Positions 25,415 to 37,843 of a DNA stretch of 64,000 bases are shown here, piece by piece; the stretch's first letter is position 1, and each line of letters opens with the position of its first letter. Source of the stretch: Mobula hypostoma (taxonomy: Eukaryota); contig NC_086108.1 of assembly GCF_963921235.1 (NCBI RefSeq), positions 23,808,001 to 23,872,000 on the forward strand, given 5' to 3'. Position numbers and translations under genes: made by a program. Under the pieces are notes generated by a model. The model was given only the letters and a program-made list of their open reading frames with translations, searched no databases and had not been told where the DNA came from.

Positions 25415-26170
25415 AAGTAGACACTTCAGCCCTTCCAGTCTGTTCTGCCATTCAATATGATCATAGCTTCATCTCAATACATATTTTCAACCTCTCTCAC
25501 CAACCTTGGCATCTTTTATGTCAGGTGTCTATGTCCTTCTTAAATATATTCTGTGATGTGGTATCCTCAGCCTGTGTGGTTGAGAATTCCACCCTTCACC
25601 ATCCCAAGAGCAAACTTCTCCTCACCTAAGCCCTAATTTTGAGATTGTGACCCCTGGTTCTGGGCTCCTCCCAGTGGGGAAATGCCCCTCTCACAGCCCC
25701 TGCTCTCTGGCAGGTTAACTGGCCCAAGTAAATTAACTCTTACTGCGAATTAATGATATAAAGAATCAAAGGGGAGGAGGTGGGCATGTGTGAGAGAGAG
25801 AAAGTTGGAAGGTTGGAAGAAAAGCGAGAGGGGCATAAGGAACTAATGGGATCATTTCCCTGGGAAGTGGCATGAACCTTATGGGCTGAATTACTTTGTT
25901 CTATGGCATTATAACTATAAGCCCATTAAGTACTGTCAGAAATATGTATGTATGAATGAGATCCTCTCTACCTAAAAACTCAATTGAATATCGGGCAGGT
26001 CAACCATCCCTCCTCATACCAAGCATCCTGCCATCTCAACTATCAGTCTGGTGAACTTGTACAGCATTTCCTCAGTGGCAAATGCAGCCCACTGTAAGTA
26101 AAGTGGTCAAAGCTCCTGACAATACACAAGGTATGGTCTCACCAAGGCTCTGTGCAATTGTGATAGACAT
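25415..26170 (-). mobile_element. Decayed CR1 3' relic
   Basis: CAGCCCTTCCAGTCTGTTCTGCCATTCAATATGATCATAGCT and GGTCTCACCAAGGCTCTGTGCAATTG CR1 motifs. Confidence 0.6.
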
Positions 26171-26356
26171 CATCCAATGGCGGAATGCAAAACGTGAAAT
26201 GGTAGTTAGTTCCGGAAATCATTTGATTGAGATGCTGGATTAATACACAGAATTGAAGAACATAAAAAGTGACATGCATAAACAAAGTGAGGGAATTATA
26301 GGAAACATGACTTCCCTTCTGAAGGTTAGCGCATGCATGATGACTGAATGACTCAC

Positions 26357-26514
26357 TTTTGTACTGAATGTTTACGTGATTGTTGGTGGCTGGTGTAGCA
26401 GCTGTGAAGAAGAGTTGGGTAAAGGGGTGGGAGTGGAGAAGGAAGAGGCTGTGTTATTTTGAAGTTGTTCTGAAGGTCCATTTTTGGGCAGCTGACACAT
26501 GATGGGAGAAAACA
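26357..26514 (-). CDS. Candidate exon (coding status uncertain)
   Basis: Strong acceptor TTTCTCTTTATTTCTTTCCTCCCAG and donor AA|GTGAGT; phase 0 is open throughout; alternative donor GTAAAC after 26376 in another open frame. Confidence 0.3.
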
Positions 26515-28350
26515 CTGGGAGGAAAGAAATAAAGAGAAACATTCTATTTTTTCTACTAGCCCTCTGTTTACTGAAGATCACAACATTCACAATGTAACCT
26601 TGCCAAAATTCTTTGGGACACTTCTGTCAATGCTGTTTCATCAATAAATTATATCTTTCCTTTAAGTCGGAACATTAAGATTCACTAAGGTGACTTTCAA
26701 GAGATTTTCTCTCAATGAATTAGTGAAGACAAGAGGTCTCAAGATGTAGGTGGAGCATTGGGAGACATCTCAAGCTTACAATTGCCCGTTTTAGCAACTT
26801 TAACTGCTGGTAGTATCTTAGTCATTTGATTAACCAAGGCACTGCATTATCAAGAGTAAGGGTGCTGCTTCTCCAGTGACTCATCTAGTGAGGCAAAAGA
26901 GAGAAAAAAGAAATCAAAAAAGCAGCTAATATCTGTCAGCAACTCTAGCAAGTGACAAAGTGCCCTGGCCAAGATCCAAGTCAGCAAATTAAAAAGAACT
27001 GACAATTGAAAATGACACAGAAATATCAAGCTACTGACAGAAATGTCAATTAAAATTTGGTTTTACCATCCTTTGTTTCTTCAGTCACCTTGTGCACAAT
27101 AACCCAGCCCAAGAACTGTGTCATTTTTCAAAGAGCTCCCTTGTTTATTAGAGAATGGCTGAAAATTGGGTGAATCAAAACAAGGACAGCCCTTGCTTGA
27201 GCCCACTACAAGTGGCCTAGTTTTAAATCTTCTTAGACAGTGGATGGCATGCTTCTGCTCCAGTTCTGTAAGTTCAGAGGTGGCGAATGAGGCCACAGTT
27301 GCTCATTAGGACAGGTGACTGGATTGTTTGGTATATAGTCAGCAGCTACCGTCTGAGAATGGCCTCTGAATGTTTCCATCTGCTTCTACATTTTGAGTTG
27401 TGACACATTAAGGTTTCCCACTAACCAATGAAGACGTTATGTTTTTGCCAAAGAGACTTTGAAAACCTCTTTATTCCCCCAGGAAATTCCTTGCTGTGCA
27501 TGACTCTGCTCCATCTCTTCCTTGTCAATTGCACCTTTACAGTGGTTATGCACTTTCTAACTCTTCAAAGTTGGACCCAATCCAGAGGCTGCATAAGCGA
27601 TAACGCACAGGTGATTACTGCAATGCAAATTCAACTTCAGAGTAACTGGCAGGATAACAAGACAATTGAGCATCCCACTAGGTGGTCACAAAGATGCAAG
27701 ACTAACTCAGTCTTGATACTGAAGCCAAACACTTGAATACAGCATTTCTTTACAGGTTTCTACGTAAGAAGCAGGTAAAAATGGCCAGTTCTAAGAACAA
27801 GGTGGAAGGAGTGCTTACTGCCTTGTTCTTAGAATTGGCCATTGCTTGCCTGCCCTGCCATGTGAGGTAGTGATGCTAATGTCAAAAACATCTGAATTTC
27901 TAGGCTTAGGTCTGTCTCAGTTAGGAACATAGGTGCATGGTAAATATAGGCAACACCTGCTTTCCCCAATGATGAAAGGTGACAACAATGTTCAGATTGA
28001 CAGGTTCCAAGGTACATTTGCTAGTTTTCCCTGTTGCCCAGCCTTCTTTGGTCAGCCAAGATGAAGCAATTTGGTAACACATCATTCGTCCAGCCTGGAC
28101 ATGCATGGCAGATAGTGACTTGTTGCAGGAGTTCTGGCCAATTGCTTGTCTACCTTCCTTAGTTCTCAAAAATACAGAGATCTTTCAGAGTCTGGTTGTC
28201 ATAAACCATCAAAGATCCCAATGAATGTTACTGAAGTGTTGTCACAAACCATATTACATGGAAAGACCAATAACGTGCTTCTTTCAGGTCCATGAAAATA
28301 ATGTGACAATAACTCATATTATCTATTTTATCTTCAGAACTTACTACATA

Positions 28351-28888
28351 CACTCAAGGGCCACTTTACTAAGCACACCTGTACACCTGCTCTTTAATAC
28401 AAATATCTAATCAGCCAATCATGTGGCAACAACTCAATGCATAAAAGCATGCAGACATGGTCAAGAGGTTTAGAGGTTCAGACCAAATATCAGAATGGGT
28501 AAGAAATGCGATCTAAGTGACCTTGACTGTGGAATGATTGTTGGGGCCAGACTGGGTGTTTTGAGTATCTCAGAAATTGCTGATCACTCACAACATTCTC
28601 AAGAGTTTACAGAAAATGGTGAAACAAACAAAAAAAAATCCAATGAGCAGCATTTCTGTGGGGGAAAAAACGCCTTGTTATTGAAAGAGGTCGGAGAAGA
28701 ATGGCCAAAATGGTTCAAAGTGATAGGAAGGAAGGTGACAGCAACTCAGATAACTACATATTACAACAATGGTATGCGGAAGAACATCTCTGAATGTTCA
28801 ACATGTCGAATCTTGAGGTGGATGGGCTGCAGCAGCAGAAGACCACACTGGGTTTCATTCCTCTACCTAATAAATTGACCACTGTGTG
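28351..28888 (+). mobile_element. Internally deleted Tc1/mariner DNA transposon
   Basis: Imperfect TIRs CACTCAAGGGCCACTTTACTAAG / CCTAATAAATTGACCACTGTGTG, TA on the left; ORF 28495-28878 MGKKCDLSDLDCGMIVGARLGVLSISEIAD resembles the Tc1 N-terminal HTH; no DDE domain. Confidence 0.85.
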
Positions 28889-28899
28889 CAATCTAATCA

Positions 28900-29010
28900 C
28901 AAACAAGAGATGCTGGAAATCCAAGCAACACACACAAATATTGGAGGAGCTCAGAAGGCCAGTCAGCATCTATGGAAAAAAAGTACGTTAACATTTTGGG
29001 CTGAAACCTG
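28900..29010 (-). mobile_element. Penelope-like terminal fragment
   Basis: AGATGCTGGAAATCCAAGCAACACACACAAATATTGGAGGAGCTCAG motif. Confidence 0.7.
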
Positions 29011-29269
29011 TTACTGTATGAAGTATTTTGTGTTTTCTCCAGAAGGCACATATGTCTTCCAGGACAGGAAAAACATGGCTGCACACACTCAAAAGAACGA
29101 CTCTATCACACCAGCTTCCATCCGATCAACCCTTGTACCAGCTGAGATTTTCTCATTATGATAGGATTTATAGTTTAGGCTCACGTGTGAGCAATGGACA
29201 TCAAAACAGGTCCTGTGAAGATTTCCCCATTTTTAGGACATCAGATTAGAAAATCTAAACCTTGCTCTT

Positions 29270-29740
29270 ATGGAGGCCGTTAAAACTGGAGTCCAGTTTT
29301 TGTTTTTAGTGACTAATGCTGAGCTCTTCCATTATAGGAACAGATTCACATTGGAAATGATGTGATTGCACTGGACAGAGTGTTGAAGAGGTTAACCAGG
29401 ATGTTGACTGGACTGGAACATTTCAATCCTAATAATAGGGTAGATAGTAAAAATTTATTTCCATGTTATGGTCTTTTAAGATAGGTTATATGTGTAAGAC
29501 ATGAGGTTTAGAGGTTTGAGAGGGAATTATCCTTTCAACATTGAGTGCTGGACTGCGTTGTATGAAGAGGTGGCAGCGGCAGAAGCTCTCAACATAAAGT
29601 TATTGAGACAAGCACTTGAACTGTCAAAGTATAGAAGGCTTCAGACCTAATATGGACAATGGAATCATTGTAGATGATTAAGACTGCATAGACAACGTGG
29701 GTTTAATGGCCTGTTGTGAGCTGCTCAAATCTATGATGCT
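29270..29740 (+). mobile_element. Decayed CR1 3' relic
   Basis: LE..VQF...HYR..ALDRVLKRLTRML remnants; AATGGCCTGTTGTGAGCTG end. Confidence 0.65.
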
Positions 29741-30858
29741 ATGTTATGACCAGGGCAACATACAAATTCGAAGAGTTTACTTTTCCCTCTAGTCTCTGAT
29801 GTTTAATAGTATCACCATTAATGATGGGTACTGAGCAGAAGCATGAGAAGTCTGAATCAGATGAACAGACAGTGTTTTAAACTGGGTTGCTGCAGGACTA
29901 GAAAATGGACAGTGAGGTTACAACAGAAATGGAGAAAAAATTACTATTTAGTTGGGGACCAGAAACCTATGAAAGTCAACAAGAAGACAGTTCAATCGGT
30001 GGTCAGGATTTCCTACAGAATAGGGAAAGGATATGCACCATCATGCATTTTTTGTGATAAATTTGATTAAATCACAGATTGCACAGAGAGCTGGAACATA
30101 ATGAGCGTCCTCACAACAACAGTACTGAAAAATGATGGCTCTTCACAATAAACAAACAAAGCTTACTGCTTCTTTGGAGATGACCAATATCCTTAAATGA
30201 GTTCTTCAGAACCAGAATCAGATTTATTATTACTGGCATATGTTGTGAAATTTGCTTCTTACGGCATAGATTGCTTCTGTGGGCTCCTTGTTTATTGGTC
30301 AGTTTGAAGTTTGGCTTAACATTTTTCTCTAATGTAGTTGTTATACAATGTCTATTGGTGGGATAAAAACAGCTACTGTATCTTTTCTATCACTCATAGT
30401 TTCTTAATATACATGGAGCCACTTGGAAAAATACTTAACTGTATAGAGAACAACTGGGCACCGATCCTGGAGTTAAACCCTTGTTTAATTTTGAAAAAAA
30501 CAAGCCAGTGAACATGAGATTTTTCATAACCGCAGGGCCAGGCACACAGGTTTACTGAATTACCCAGAGGGATGCATTGTACAGCAACCAATGACAAGTT
30601 CCATGCACTGAAGAAAGATGAAAGGTACCAAATTATATTTAATAACACCAATTTGTAAAGCAATAGCAGGCACTAGCCGTGGTTTATGGAAAACCTCGGA
30701 CTGTTCATTCATCTGAGCTGTCGTTGGGAATAAAGTTTGAACTTCACAAATTAGAAGGGATTCAACTTTCACCATCTTTATAAAAATGCTACCTCTACAT
30801 TGATGATGCAAAGAAAAAAACTTGAAATAAATGATTCATGGTAGAGCACAAATCAATT

Positions 30859-30940
30859 CAGTGGTGCTGTTTAGTCCCATTCATGGCTTGCTCATTGCAG
30901 TGGTGCTGTTTAGTCCCATTCATGGCTTGCTCATTGCAGT
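30859..30940. repeat. Perfect tandem duplication, 39-bp unit x2
   Basis: CAGTGGTGCTGTTTAGTCCCATTCATGGCTTGCTCATTG repeated. Confidence 0.95.
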
Positions 30941-32031
30941 ACATGGACCATGTAAAATGCCAAAACTGTGTAAAGAGGGAATTCAAGTTAAGCTTAAGAT
31001 GGGTATAAATTACAACTAATTAAAACTAATAATCTCAGATGGATTTTTATTCCAGTGTTTCTGTGGTTTATGAAGGAAATCTTTCCCCTTGTGAAGTTGG
31101 ATGGATCTTCATTCCCACTTTAGCTGTTTGGAGATGAACGATTTCTTCCTGAAACTAACTCATTGCCACTAAAATCAGGTGGGAATGGGATGATGCAAAC
31201 TGTACAGACTGTGACCAGGTACCCTTTTTGTTTTCCTTTTGCTTCAAGCCTGCTGGGTCTTTAATTGGAACATCGTTCTCGACTGCATTTTCTGCTTTCT
31301 TTATTCCAGATTTTCAGCATTTGTAGCTCTTTATTTTCTAATTTAAAAAAAACATATTTTGCAGGCTTTGCATTCTGACTTAACCTTTATGGAAAAGCAT
31401 GTTATACATGTCATGTAATTTTTAGAAATATATTTTCAATATTTCACCTTCCTGGGAAACTACAAGCTGTGAACTGTTACTCACAGACACAGCCAATTAC
31501 CTCCACACTAAAACACAAGGGATTTAATTTGCTCCAGCAGTACATTGATGAATGTGTCTGTGCAAAATTCTAAGGTTCATCATTTGCTTATTTTATGAGT
31601 TAATAAATGCATTAATAGGGAAAATGAAGGAATTTTACACACCTACATTAACCATGGTGCTACCAGAGGTAATCAGAGCTCTCTGCAAGTAATCATATTG
31701 TGTAATGGTATTGTGTTCTACACTATAATCAGTGGAGGAAATTGTAAATCTTTCCATGCTGCTCATATTTTCCTGCGGCAGAAAAAACCTAGTTTGAAAA
31801 AAATACCACTCTGTAGCTGAAAAACTGTAATAGTGTCGGGATAGTACTGGTAATACGATCCAGCTTTGAGGCTCTGTGTGTTAACAATATACAGGATTGA
31901 GCCTCAGTGAGTTGAGAATAATTCTGGTTCTTTAGCTTTCCAAGACAGACTTGAGCTTACCATCATATAGCCCATTGTCAACCATTATACAGCCACAGGT
32001 GAAGAATTACTTCATTGCCACGGCATTAAAT

Positions 32032-33066
32032 TGTCATGGTCTGGTCCGTAAAGTCGGCATTCTGGTTCACAGTCCGGTCTGTGGACTCAGGACTCCGGGT
32101 CTTCCAGCTGTCCCTCATTTGGTTGAGTTAATCATAGGCACCTGATTCCCATCTTTGGGCTTGGAATATAAGTAGCCTTGGGGTTGAATGTGGGCTGCTG
32201 GTTTGTTTTGACAAGGTCCCCTAGGAGCAACTGCTGGTAGAAGGCTAGAGTGGCCACTTGCCATCTTTAGGCTGCGTTGGGGAATCATCCCCTCATGGAG
32301 CCTTGCTATCAGTAGTTGGAGCTGTCTTTGCGGTATGGATTTGACTATTTCTGCAGCCAGCTGAGGTTGCTGGCTGAACTGAGACTCGGAGCTACCCCGA
32401 AGAAGAGATGGAACTGTCTGTTGTTCTTTGGTGTGTGTCTCTTCTTGTCCTTGCCTCCATGGGGAAGGTCAGGCCGTTTTGCTGTTGTCCTGTGGGGAGA
32501 TCTGTCTTGTCTTGTCCTCGCCTCTGTTGAGTAAGTCTGGCTGTTCTGCTGTTACCCAACAGGTGGTCCTGTCCCACCTTGGTGTGGAGATAAAGTTGAG
32601 TCCTGGCTTGTCTATGGATGAGTCCTTGCTCTGTCTATGTACTGTCCAGTCTTGTGTTAGTGTCGAGTTAAAGATGAGTCCTGGCTTTTCGAAGGATAAG
32701 TCCCAGTTCTCTGTTGATGTACAGTTCCCAGTCTAACTCTGAGCTCCAGCCTCTGAGTTATCAGCCTTTGCATTCCAAGATCCAAGACCCCAGCCTGCAC
32801 CCAAGCCTGGAAGATCCCGAGCCAAGCTCCAAGAACCCCAGCCTGGAAGATCCCGAGCCAAGCTCCAAGAACCCCAGCCTGAAAGATCCCCAGCCTGGAA
32901 GATCCCGAGCCAAGCTCCAAGAACCCCAGCCTGGAAGATCCCGAGCCAAGCTCCAAGAACCCCAGCCTGGAAGATCCCGAGCCAAGCTCCAAGAACCCCA
33001 GCCTGGAAGATCCCGAGCCAAGCTCCAAGAACCCCAGCCTGGAAGATCCCGAGCCAAGCTCCAAGA
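32032..33066 (+). mobile_element. LTR-like element truncated at a CR1 junction
   Basis: Begins TGTCATGG; CAACTG/CACCTG and TATAA-like motifs; GTC-rich internal repeats; no terminal CA found before the CR1 begins. Confidence 0.5.
32790..33066. repeat. Minisatellite, 36-bp unit, about 7 copies
   Basis: CCCCAGCCTGGAAGATCCCGAGCCAAGCTCCAAGAA near-perfect array with one partial unit at ~32881-32890. Confidence 0.95.
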
Positions 33067-34161
33067 TGGATAGTGGACTGGTTAACCAATAGAAGGCAGA
33101 GAGTTGGTATAAATGGGTGTTTCTCTGGTTGGCAGTCAGTGGTGAGTGGGCTGCCGCAGGAGTCCGTGCTGGGCCTGCAGCTGTTTACCATTTACGTTGA
33201 TGATTTGGAAGGGGGGAACTGAGTGTAGTGTAGCAAAATTTGCGGATGACACTAAACTGAGTGGAAAAGCAAATTGTACAGGGGATGTGGAGAGTCTGCA
33301 GAGGGATATAGATAGGTTAAGTGAGTGGGCCAAGGTCTGGCAGATGGAATGCCATGTTGGTAAATCTGAGATCATCCACTTTGGAAGGAATAATAGAAGA
33401 TCAGATTATTATTTAAATGGTGAAAGATTGCATGCTGTTGTGCAGAGGGACTTGGGAGTGCTTGTGCATGAATTGCAAAATGTTGGCTTGCAGATACAAC
33501 AGGTTATTAAGAAGACAAACAGAACGTTGGCCTTCATGCTAGAGGGATTGAATTCAAGAGCAGGGAGGTCATGCTGCAACTATACAGGGTACTGGTGAGG
33601 CCGCACCTGGAGTACTGTGTGCAGTTCTAGTCTCTATACTTGGGGAAGGATTTACTGGCTTTGGAGGCAGTGCTAAGGAGATTCACCAGGTTGATTCCAG
33701 AGGTGAAGGGGTTAACCTATGAGGAGAGATTGAGTCGCCTGGGACTATACTCTCTGGAATCCAGAAGAATGAGAGGGGATCTTTTAGAAACATACAAATT
33801 TTGAAAGGGATAGATAAGATAGAAGTAGGAAAGTTGTTTCTATTGGTAGGTGAGACTAGAACTAGAGGACATTGCTTCAAGATTCAGGGGAGAAGATTTA
33901 GGATGGAAATGAGGAGAAATGATTTTCCCAGAGAGTGGCGAATCTGTGGAATTCTCTGCCCAGGGAAGCAGTTGAGGCTTCTTCACTAAATATATTTAAG
34001 ATACAGTTAGATAGGTTTTTACATAGTAAGGGAATTAAGGGTTATGGAGAAAAGGCAGGTAGGTGGAGCTGAGTTTATGGACAGATCAGCCATGATCTTA
34101 TTGAATGTTCGGGCAGGTTCGATGGGCCAGATGGCCTACTCCTGCTCCTATTTCTTATGTT
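33066..34161 (+). mobile_element. CR1 LINE 3' portion (RT C-terminus and 3' UTR)
   Basis: KFADDTKL...LQRDIDRLSEWAKVWQM...LVRPHLEYCVQF...; tail CCTACTCCTGCTCCTATTTCTTATGTT. Confidence 0.95.
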
Positions 34162-35114
34162 AGACAAAGATATACTTTATTGATCCCAAGGGAAACTGAG
34201 TTTCGTTACAGCTGCACCAACCAAGAATCGAGCATAAATATAGCAATACAAAAACCACGAACAATCAAACAACAATATGCAAACTATGCCAGATGGAAAT
34301 AAGTCCAGGACCAGCCTATTGGCTCAGGGTGTCTGACCCTCCATGGGATGAGTTTCAAAGTTTGATGGCCACAGGCAGGAACAACCTCCCATGACGCCCA
34401 ACGTTGTATCTCGGTGGAATATGGCCAGAGTCCAACAGCAAAAGGTTCAATATCCGGGCTACAAACACGTTCCTCAATCGTAATATGACCAGATTTGCAC
34501 CATCCATTGTTAACCAGAACAGCAAGCCCCCAACTCCTTTACACTTACCGCTCTCAGTGCACTTCCGGTCAGCCCGAGTGGTCTGGAAGCCCTCCATGGA
34601 AAAGTTTTGGTCGGATATGTCCACATGCAGCCACGTTTCAGTAAAACACATAACATTGCTCTCCCGAAACATTCTCTGACTCCTGGCTAGCGCCGTCAAC
34701 TCGTCCATTTTATTACCCACCGAAGTCCTCTTCTCCGTAAGTCTCTGTTGTCTCGACCTGGTCCTCTTTCCTTGCCTTTGTTATCCCCTTCTGCATCCTC
34801 TGTGTGTTTTCCTCCAGATTTCAGCAGGGGTGTCGGCCGCTCTGTCCGTTAAGCCGGTGGGCATAAGCGCAATCAGCTGGTCCCTGGAATAAACAATGTG
34901 ACCATACTGCTGCCCCGCTAATGAGACTTGTCCGAATGTAACTATTTCCAGCGCTAAAAACCCAAATAAAACACTCTCCACCAGCATGTTAGAGAGAGTG
35001 AAACTTCAATGTGTTACCGTGAAAAGAATACAACAAATAACGTAAGTTAAAAAAGTAAGAAAACTAGTCGGAACGGCTGTAACAGGCAGCACACACGACT
35101 AGCGCATGTGCACT
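34162..35114 (-). mobile_element. Internally deleted Rex1/Babar-like LINE inserted in the CR1 tail
   Basis: 5' UTR, YSRDQLIAL...RGCRRG leader, APE N-terminus (NKMDEL...CFTETWL...RADR) joined to the C-terminal RLFLPVAIKL and AATAAAGTAT tail; CR1 tail resumes ATGTTCTTATG. Confidence 0.85.
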
Positions 35115-36040
35115 AATGTTCTTATGTAAATCAATTTTCGTTGGAATTTCCCAACTGTACAGGAAAAGGAAAAGTTCTTTTCACTTCTGTCACATATTGT
35201 TCATTTGAAAAGTCCGTGAACATTCAATAGCCCTGACTAGCATAGACAGATCTCATGTGAGGGTGGCGGGGAGGGCTTATAGGGAGCCTTATCGACAGTC
35301 AGAATAATCCCATGAGTGCAGTGAGAAACCTCTGAGACAAACTCTGCTCTTAGAGAGACCTCTGAAACAAGGCAAACTCTGGAATACGATGAGTACTGCA
35401 CCAGGGTGTCCCCTATGCACGGCTATCCTGGTGCGGCAAGCTGAGATCCTCGGTGAACACCATGCTGGGTCAGAGCTATTATATCTCCAGAGCAGGCAGC
35501 CAGCAGTTTCTGACAGTGGGTGTGGGAGAAAGTGCGCTGGAGGGTTGATTTTATTTGGGTAAAGTCCCCTGGCAAACCACAGGTGCAAAACACTAAATAA
35601 GACTTCCAGTCAAAAATAACTATGTCCTGACTTATTATTGGAGAGGTAAATACTCAGAAGATCAGGGATCAGTACAAAAGTTGATTCCCACCTCAGCTGA
35701 AAGGCAATGTTGGTCTCTATGTTCCACTACGGATATTTACATGTTGAATTCATTCCAACAACCAAACCAAGACTTTGGTTGTGACATTCAAAATTTGGTG
35801 CAAGTATACAGAAGTACTGAGTATTTGCAATGTTGAAAATATGTCTGCAGAGATAATTAGTAATTTAGGAATCTATTAGGTATTGACAAACTGAACCCAG
35901 ATAATATTTTTGTCCTCATTGTTATTTAATGGTGTGGTTTACTTCAAAATCTGTTTATATTTTAGTTTCTCTCTGTCAGCCTTCAGCTCATCTCATTATC
36001 TCCCAGATGAAAGTAGTTTCCCTTGCTCTCCATTTCACAG

Positions 36041-36183
36041 TGTGTTGTATATTTAATATTTCAGTAACATTTGTGTAATCTTGTAAATACATTGATTATG
36101 TGTTCCTGTTTGTTTCAATAATTAATTATGGGTCATATGTATAAATACATGAATTTCATATGTTATCATGCTAGCATGATATC
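36041..36183 (+). mobile_element. Mag-family LTR fragment cut by CR1
   Basis: TGTTGTATATTTAATATTTCAGTAA matches the LTR start at 13379 and 43334. Confidence 0.65.
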
Positions 36184-36184
36184 T

Positions 36185-37843
36185 GGATATTGGATTCTCA
36201 ATATTCCTGGATTTCAGTGCTTTGAAAAGGATAGAGAGGATGGAAAAAGGGGAGGAGGGGTGGCATTACTGGTCAGGGATACTATTACAGCTACAGAAAG
36301 GGTGGGAAATGTAGCAGGATCCTCTTTTGAGTCAATATGGGTGGAAGTCAGGAACAGGAAGGGAGCAGTTACTCTATTGGGGATATGCTATAGGTCCCTT
36401 GGTAGCAGCAGAAATACAGAGGAGCAGATTGGAAGGCAGATTTTGGAAAAGTGCAAAAATAACAGGGTTGTTATCATGGGTGACTTTAACTTCCCTAATA
36501 TTGATTGGCACCTGATTAGTTCCAAGGGTTTAGATGGGGCAGAGTTTGTTAAGTGTGTCCAGGATGGATTCCTGTCACAGTATGTGGACAGGCCGACCAG
36601 GGGGAATGCCATACTAGATCTAGTGCTAGGTAATGAACCGGGTCAGGTCACAGATCTCTCAGTGGGTGAGCATCTGGGGGACAGTGACCACCGCTCCCTG
36701 GCCTTTAGCATTATCATGGAAAAGGATAGAATCAGAGAGGACAGGAAAATTTTTAATTGGGGAAAGGCAAATTATGAGGCTATAAGGCTAGAACTTGCAG
36801 GTGTGAATTGGGATAATGTTTTCGCAGAGAAATGTACTATGGACATGTGGTCGATGTTTAGAGATCTCTTGCGGGATGTTAGGGATAAATTTGTCCCAGT
36901 GAGGAAGATAAAGAATGGTAGGGTGAAGGAACCATGGGTGACAAGTGAGGTGGAAAATCTAGTCAGGTGGAAGAAGGCAGCATACATGAGGTTTAGGAAG
37001 CAAGGATCAGATGGGTCTATTGAGGAATATAGGGAAGCAAGAAAGGAGCTTAAGAAAGGGCTGAGAAGAGCAAGAAGGGGGCATGAGAAGGCCTTGGTGA
37101 GTAGGGTAAAGGAAAACCCCAAGGCATTCTTCAATTATGTGAAGAACAAAAGGCTGACAGGAGTGAAGGTAGGACTGATGAGAGATAAAGGTGGGAAGAT
37201 GTGCCTGGAGGCTGTGGAAGTGAGCGAGGTCCTCAATGAATACTTTGGTATTCACCAATGAGAGTGAACTTGATGATGGTGAGGACAATATGAGTGAGGT
37301 TGATGTTCTGGAGCATGTTGATATTAAGGGAGAGGTGTTGGAGTTGTTAAAATACATTAGGACAGATAAGTCCCCGGGGCCTGACGGAATATTCCCCAGG
37401 CTGCTCCACGAGGCGAGAGAAGAGATTGTTGAGCCTCTGGCTAGGATCTTTATGTCCTCGTTGTCCACGGGAATGGTACCGGAGAATTGGAAGGAGGCGA
37501 ATGTTGTCCTCTTGTTTAAAAAAGGTAGTAGGGATAGTCCGGGTAATTATAGACCAGTGAGCCTTATGTCTGTGGTGGGAAAGCTGTTGGAAAAGATTCT
37601 TAGAGATAGGATCTATAGGCATTTAGAGAATCATGGTCTGATCAGGGACAGTCAGCATGGCTTTGTGAAGGGCAGATCGTGTCTAACAAGCCTGATAGAG
37701 TTCTTTGAGGAGGTGACCAGGCATATAGATGAGGGTAGTGCAGTGGATGTGATCTATATGGATTTTAGTAAGGCATTTGACAAGGTTCCACATGGTAGGC
37801 TTATTCAGAAAGTTAGAAGGCATGGGATCCAGGGAAGTTTGGC
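36185..37843 (+). mobile_element. Young CR1 ORF2 fragment (APE endonuclease to RT), one frameshift, both ends truncated
   Basis: ORF 36128-37261 (GGGVALLV, MGDFNFP, LDLVL, SDH) and 37236-37843 (KSPGPDG, NYRPVSL, QHGF, DFSKAFDKVPH). Confidence 0.97.

Noticed and set aside
29042..29185. Plus-strand exon with TTTTCTCCAG acceptor and GTGAGC donor
   Set aside because: The frame is open but the peptide is unrecognisable and I found no supporting plus-strand partner exons.
32657..33191. Overlapping repetitive ORFs, or a CRISPR-like array
   Set aside because: A head-to-tail 36-bp minisatellite with no unique spacers and no cas genes; the ORFs follow from a stop-free unit.
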